Shown in pieces: positions 28,533 through 32,000 of a DNA stretch of 32,000 bases. The stretch lies in the NCBI RefSeq assembly GCF_000008565.1, contig NC_001264.1:217418-249417 (forward strand), given 5' to 3'. The DNA is from Deinococcus radiodurans R1 = ATCC 13939 = DSM 20539 (GTDB lineage: Bacteria; Deinococcota; Deinococci; Deinococcales; Deinococcaceae). Positions within the stretch are counted from its first letter, which is position 1. Each line of letters starts with the position of its first letter. Under the pieces are notes generated by a model. It was not told where the DNA came from, made no database searches, and saw nothing but the letters and a program-made list of their open reading frames with translations. The position numbers were made by a program, and so were the translations under genes.

Positions 28533-30655
28533 CCGCCGACACCAAAAAAGGCAGCGTGGGCCAAGACCGAGTGCGTCTGGAAGGCCGCCTGAAAGTCACC
28601 GGCACCGCGCCTTACGCCTTCGAGCAAAAAGTGGAGAACCCGGCTTACCTGTTTCCGCTGACCTCCACGATTGTCAAGGGGAAAATCCGCTCCATCGACG
28701 ACTCGGCGGCCCGCGTCCTGCCCGGCGTCCTGGAAGTGCTGACCTACCAGAACGCCATGAACCTGCTCGCCAAGACCGACACCGAGCTGTATCTCCTCCA
28801 GAACCGCGACGTGCACTACTACGGCGAATACATCGGCGCGGTCATTGCCGAGACGCAGGAAATCGCCCGGCACGCCGCCAGTCTGGTGAAGGTGGAGTAC
28901 GACGCCGAAGAGGAAGACACCCGTTTCCGCGCCGAGCACCCCGACCGCTACAGCCCCATCAAGATCAACACTGGCGTGCCCGCCGACAGCAAGCAGGGCG
29001 ACGTGGACAAGGGGCTGGCCGAGGCCGCGCTGGTCGTGGACGAGGTGTACACCACGCCCTACGAGCACCACAACCCGATGGAAATGCACTCGGTGATTGC
29101 CGAGTGGGACAAGGAAAAACTCGACGGGGTGCTGGGCGTGCTCGGCGAGCGGCCCCACCTGCGGATTCACGACGCCTCGCAGGGGGTGTCGTACGAGCGG
29201 CTGATGCTGCTGCCGCTGCTGGGCCTGTTGCCGCAGCAGGTGGAAATCAATTCGCCCTACGTGGGCGGCGCGTTCGGGTCCAAGGGCATTCCCCACGCGC
29301 AGGTGATGCTGACCATTCTGGCGGCCAAGCTGCTGCCGGGGCGCCCGGTCAAGTACATGCTGACCCGCCAGCAGATGTTCCGCTCGGTGGGCCACCGCCT
29401 GACCACCCATCAGCACTTCCGGCTCGGCGCTGCGGAGGACGGCACGCTGACCACCATCACCCACGACGTGCAGCAGAGCACCAGCCGCCTCAAGCAGTTC
29501 GCCGAGCAGACCGTCAACGCCACCCGGCACCTCTACGCCGCGCCCAACCGCGAGACGAGCACCCGCATGGTGCCGCTCGACATCGGCCCGGCCACCTTCA
29601 TGCGGGCGCCCGGCGAGTTTCCCGGCATGTTCGCGCAGGAAACCGCGATGGACGAGCTGGCGGTGAAACTGGGCCTGGACCCCATCGAGCTGCGGCTGCG
29701 CAACCAGCCCGAGACCGACCCGGAAAGCGGCAAGCCCCATTCCAGCCATTACCTGAAAGAGTGCCTACAGGAAGGGGCGCGGCTGTTCGGCTGGGAGAAG
29801 CGCCACGCGCAGCCCCGCGCCCGGCAGGAAGGCGAATGGCTTTACGGCATGGGCGTGGCGAGTGCCACCTACCCCAAGCAGATGACCCCGCCCACCAAGG
29901 CCAGCGTGGCGTTTAAAGGCGGCAAATACCACGTAAGCATCGCCGCCGCCGACCTGGGGACTGGCGCCTGGACGGTGCTGACCCAGATTGCCGCCGACGC
30001 GCTGCAAGTCCCCGAGGAAGAGGTCGTGCTGCAAATCGGCCACACCGACCTGCCGCTGGCGTACCTGGCGGGCGGCTCGACCGGCACCTACAACTGGGGC
30101 AGCGCGGTGATGGTGGCCGCCGTCAATTTCCGCAGCCGGTACGGACAGACCCCGGCAGAAGGCGACGAGGCCGAGGGCAGCGCCCACTTTCCCGACGAGG
30201 CCAAGAAGTACGCGCTCGACGCTTACGGCGCCCACTTTGCGGAGGTGAAGGTCAGCCGCGTGACCGGCGAAGTGCGCGTGACCCGCATGCTCGGCGTGTA
30301 CGACGGGGGCCGCATCATCAACCCGCGCACCGCCAACTCGCAGTTCATCGGCGGGATGACGATGGGCATCAGCGCCGCGCTGCACGAGGAAAGTTACCTC
30401 GACTCGCGCCCTGGCTACGGGCACGTGGTCAACAGCGACTTCGCCGGCTACCACATCGCCGCCAACGCCGACGCGCCGCAGGTGGAGGCCCGCTGGATCG
30501 AGCACCCCGACCCGATGTTCGGCCCGACCGGCGCCAAGGGCATCGGTGAAATCGGCATCGTGGGGGTGCCCGCCGCCATCGGCAACGCGATCTACAACGC
30601 GACCGGCAAGCGGCTGCGCGGGCTCCCCTTCACGCCCGACAAGCTGGTGGAATAA
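28529..30655 (+). CDS. Xanthine-oxidase-family molybdopterin-binding large subunit (PaoC-like), operon B
   Basis: 708 aa. 'KVTGTAPYAFEQ', 'YVGGAFGSKG', 'MRAPGEFPGMFAQETAMDELA' and 'GAKGIGEIGIVGVPAAIGNAIYNATG' are present. ATGA overlap with the FAD subunit gene. Confidence 0.9.
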   Translation: MTADTKKGSVGQDRVRLEGRLKVTGTAPYAFEQKVENPAYLFPLTSTIVKGKIRSIDDSAARVLPGVLEVLTYQNAMNLLAKTDTELYLLQNRDVHYYGEYIGAVIAETQEIARHAASLVKVEYDAEEEDTRFRAEHPDRYSPIKINTGVPADSKQGDVDKGLAEAALVVDEVYTTPYEHHNPMEMHSVIAEWDKEKLDGVLGVLGERPHLRIHDASQGVSYERLMLLPLLGLLPQQVEINSPYVGGAFGSKGIPHAQVMLTILAAKLLPGRPVKYMLTRQQMFRSVGHRLTTHQHFRLGAAEDGTLTTITHDVQQSTSRLKQFAEQTVNATRHLYAAPNRETSTRMVPLDIGPATFMRAPGEFPGMFAQETAMDELAVKLGLDPIELRLRNQPETDPESGKPHSSHYLKECLQEGARLFGWEKRHAQPRARQEGEWLYGMGVASATYPKQMTPPTKASVAFKGGKYHVSIAAADLGTGAWTVLTQIAADALQVPEEEVVLQIGHTDLPLAYLAGGSTGTYNWGSAVMVAAVNFRSRYGQTPAEGDEAEGSAHFPDEAKKYALDAYGAHFAEVKVSRVTGEVRVTRMLGVYDGGRIINPRTANSQFIGGMTMGISAALHEESYLDSRPGYGHVVNSDFAGYHIAANADAPQVEARWIEHPDPMFGPTGAKGIGEIGIVGVPAAIGNAIYNATGKRLRGLPFTPDKLVE

Positions 30656-30745
30656 CCGCCCGCGTTTTCCTGGCCCCTTTTCCCCACCGGGAGAGGAGGT
30701 TTTAAAGTTGACGGAATGAGATTTCGTCAGAGTTGGTCTGGATTC

Positions 30746-30800
30746 CCCCTCACCCCTTGCTGCGCAAGGCCCTCTCCCACCAGTGGAGAGGGTCAAAGAC
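30746..30800. repeat. Small non-coding repeat (SNR-like), copy 3, truncated (left half only)
   Basis: CCCCTCACCCCTTGCTGCGCAAGGCCCTCTCCC is identical to 17256-17288. It is followed by ACCAGTGGAGAGGGTCAAAGAC (compare AGGTAGAGGGTCAAAAGAC in copy 2). There is no closing GGGTGAGGGG. It lies between convergent genes. Confidence 0.75.
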
Positions 30801-30825
30801 AGGCAATATTTTTCCTTGAAATTTT

Positions 30826-32000
30826 CTAGAGTGCCCCAGCAATCGCCCGACCCGCTGCCCGCCCGCTGAAGAGGCAGCCGCCGAGGAACGTGCCTTCCAG
30901 CGCCCGGTAGCCGTGATAGCCGCCACCGCCGAAGCCCGCCACCTCGCCCGCCGCGTAAAGGTCGGGAAGGGGCTGACCGCCCGCGCCGATAACCCGGCCT
31001 TGCAGGTCGGTTTCGAGGCCGCCGAGCGACTTGCGGGTCAGGACACTCAGGCGCACCGCGATGAGGGGACCCTGCGCCGGGTCGAGCAGCGGCGCGGGTT
31101 TGGCGACGCGGGTCAGCCGCTCGCTCAGGATGGCGCGCGCCCCGCGCACGATGGCGAGCTGGGCGTCTTTGCCCGCCACGTTGTGCACTTGCAGGTCGCG
31201 GTCGAGCACCTCGCGCTCCACGGTGGCGTAGTCGAGCAGCTCACCGCCGGTCAGTTCGTTCATGCCGCGCACGAGGTCGCGCAGGTTATCGCGCACCACG
31301 AAGTCTTCGCCCCGGTCCATAAACGCCTGCACCGGTCCGGGGACGTGTTTGCTCGCCCGCCGCAGCGTCAGGCGCAGGTCTTTGCCGGTCAGGTCAGGGT
31401 TCTGTTCGCTGCCCGACAGTCCAAACTCGCGTTTGATGACGGCGCGGTTGAGCAGGAACCAGGTGTGCGGGTAGCCGTGGGTGGTGATGTGCCGCAGCGT
31501 GTCGTAGCTGCTCGCGCCGGGGATGTGGGGAAAGGGCAGGCGCCGCCCACTGGGGTCGAGCCACAAGCTGCTGGGGCCGGGCAGGATGCGAATGCCGTGC
31601 TGGGGCCACACCGGGTCCCAGTTGCGCACGCCCTCGGTGTAGTGCCACATGCGGTCGGGGTTGATGAGGCTGCCGCCCTGCGCCACCACCTGCTGCTGCA
31701 AGAGGCCGTCCACATGGCGTGGCACGCCCGAAAGCATGACCTCCGGCGCGGGGCCGAGGCGCTCGGTGGGCCAGTAGCGCCGCACCAGCTCATGGTTGCC
31801 ACCGATGCCACCTGACGTGATCAGCACCGCCTGCGCGGTCAACTCGAAGTCACCCGTGACCACGCGGGAACTGGTTTCGCCCCGGCCCACGTCGGACGGT
31901 TCGAGCACATCGCCGTGAACGCCCGTGACCCGGCCCGCCGTTAGGGTCAGGCCGCGCACCCGGTGGCGAAAGCGAAATTCGATGCGCCCCGCCCGCTGAT
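30826..32000 (-). CDS. FAD-dependent oxidoreductase (FAD-binding dehydrogenase / fumarate-reductase-flavoprotein-like), N-terminus outside the window
   Basis: The frame stays open upstream of the listed GTG 31959 to the window edge (...QRAGRIEFRFRHRVRGLTLTAGRVTGV). 'AVLITSGGIGGNHELV' and the C-terminal 'LYAAGEVAGFGGGGYHGYRALEGTFLGGCLFSGRAAG' are typical of this flavoprotein family. Confidence 0.75.
   Translation of the reverse strand, partial: QRAGRIEFRFRHRVRGLTLTAGRVTGVHGDVLEPSDVGRGETSSRVVTGDFELTAQAVLITSGGIGGNHELVRRYWPTERLGPAPEVMLSGVPRHVDGLLQQQVVAQGGSLINPDRMWHYTEGVRNWDPVWPQHGIRILPGPSSLWLDPSGRRLPFPHIPGASSYDTLRHITTHGYPHTWFLLNRAVIKREFGLSGSEQNPDLTGKDLRLTLRRASKHVPGPVQAFMDRGEDFVVRDNLRDLVRGMNELTGGELLDYATVEREVLDRDLQVHNVAGKDAQLAIVRGARAILSERLTRVAKPAPLLDPAQGPLIAVRLSVLTRKSLGGLETDLQGRVIGAGGQPLPDLYAAGEVAGFGGGGYHGYRALEGTFLGGCLFSGRAAGRAIAGAL

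Noticed and set aside
22572-30655. Calling the Mo-enzymes carbon monoxide dehydrogenase (CoxSML) or xanthine dehydrogenase
   Set aside because: Neither large subunit shows the CODH active-site loop (VAYRCSFR-type) that I recall. The FAD subunits carry the PaoB-like four-Cys insertion. No purine-catabolic or cox accessory genes are nearby. I kept a generic PaoABC-like aldehyde/heterocycle oxidoreductase call with the substrate unassigned.

Overview
This is a high-GC bacterial chromosomal segment. It most likely comes from a Deinococcus radiodurans-type genome. The reasons are three copies of a nested-hairpin small non-coding repeat, TANNNT boxes 6-7 nt upstream of start codons (leaderless-type starts), and a heme-less SUOX enzyme. 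The organism call is inference only.

Gene content, left to right:
1. 5-3965 (- strand): a peptide-type ABC importer with two permeases and a frameshifted family-5 binding protein.
2. 4075-7028 (+): a divergent GntR/HutC regulator - anmK (frameshifted) - murQ operon. Together with (1) this looks like an anhydro-MurNAc / muropeptide salvage locus.
3. 7050-11683: wrbA, a frameshifted hypothetical gene, a serine hydrolase, a PucR-type regulator, and a divergent frameshifted class-C-like serine hydrolase.
4. 11684-12770: a visibly lower-GC segment encoding a secreted protein of unknown family.
5. 12781-21074 (+): a homoprotocatechuate meta-cleavage cluster (hpaE, hpaB, hpaD, hpaG-like, hpaF, VOC). 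Three non-pathway genes are interleaved and translationally coupled: an SMI1/KNR4 (SUKH) protein, a uronate-dehydrogenase-like SDR and a SUOX-family molybdoenzyme.
6. 21114-22474 (-): a tandem pair of DUF1990-like genes.
7. 22572-30655: two paralogous three-subunit PaoABC-like molybdo-flavo-FeS oxidoreductase operons, arranged head-to-head. Between them lies a 57-aa hydrophilic ORF that is absent from the ORF track.
8. 30826 to the window end (-): a partial FAD-dependent oxidoreductase.

I found no rRNA, tRNA, CRISPR array, transposase or integrase. Most long ORFs antisense to these genes look like high-GC artefacts.

The most unusual items are the decorated hpa operon (especially the toxin-less SUKH gene), the inverted Mo-enzyme duplication with its small disordered ORF and the downstream DUF1990 pair, and four frameshifts confined to the first 12 kb.
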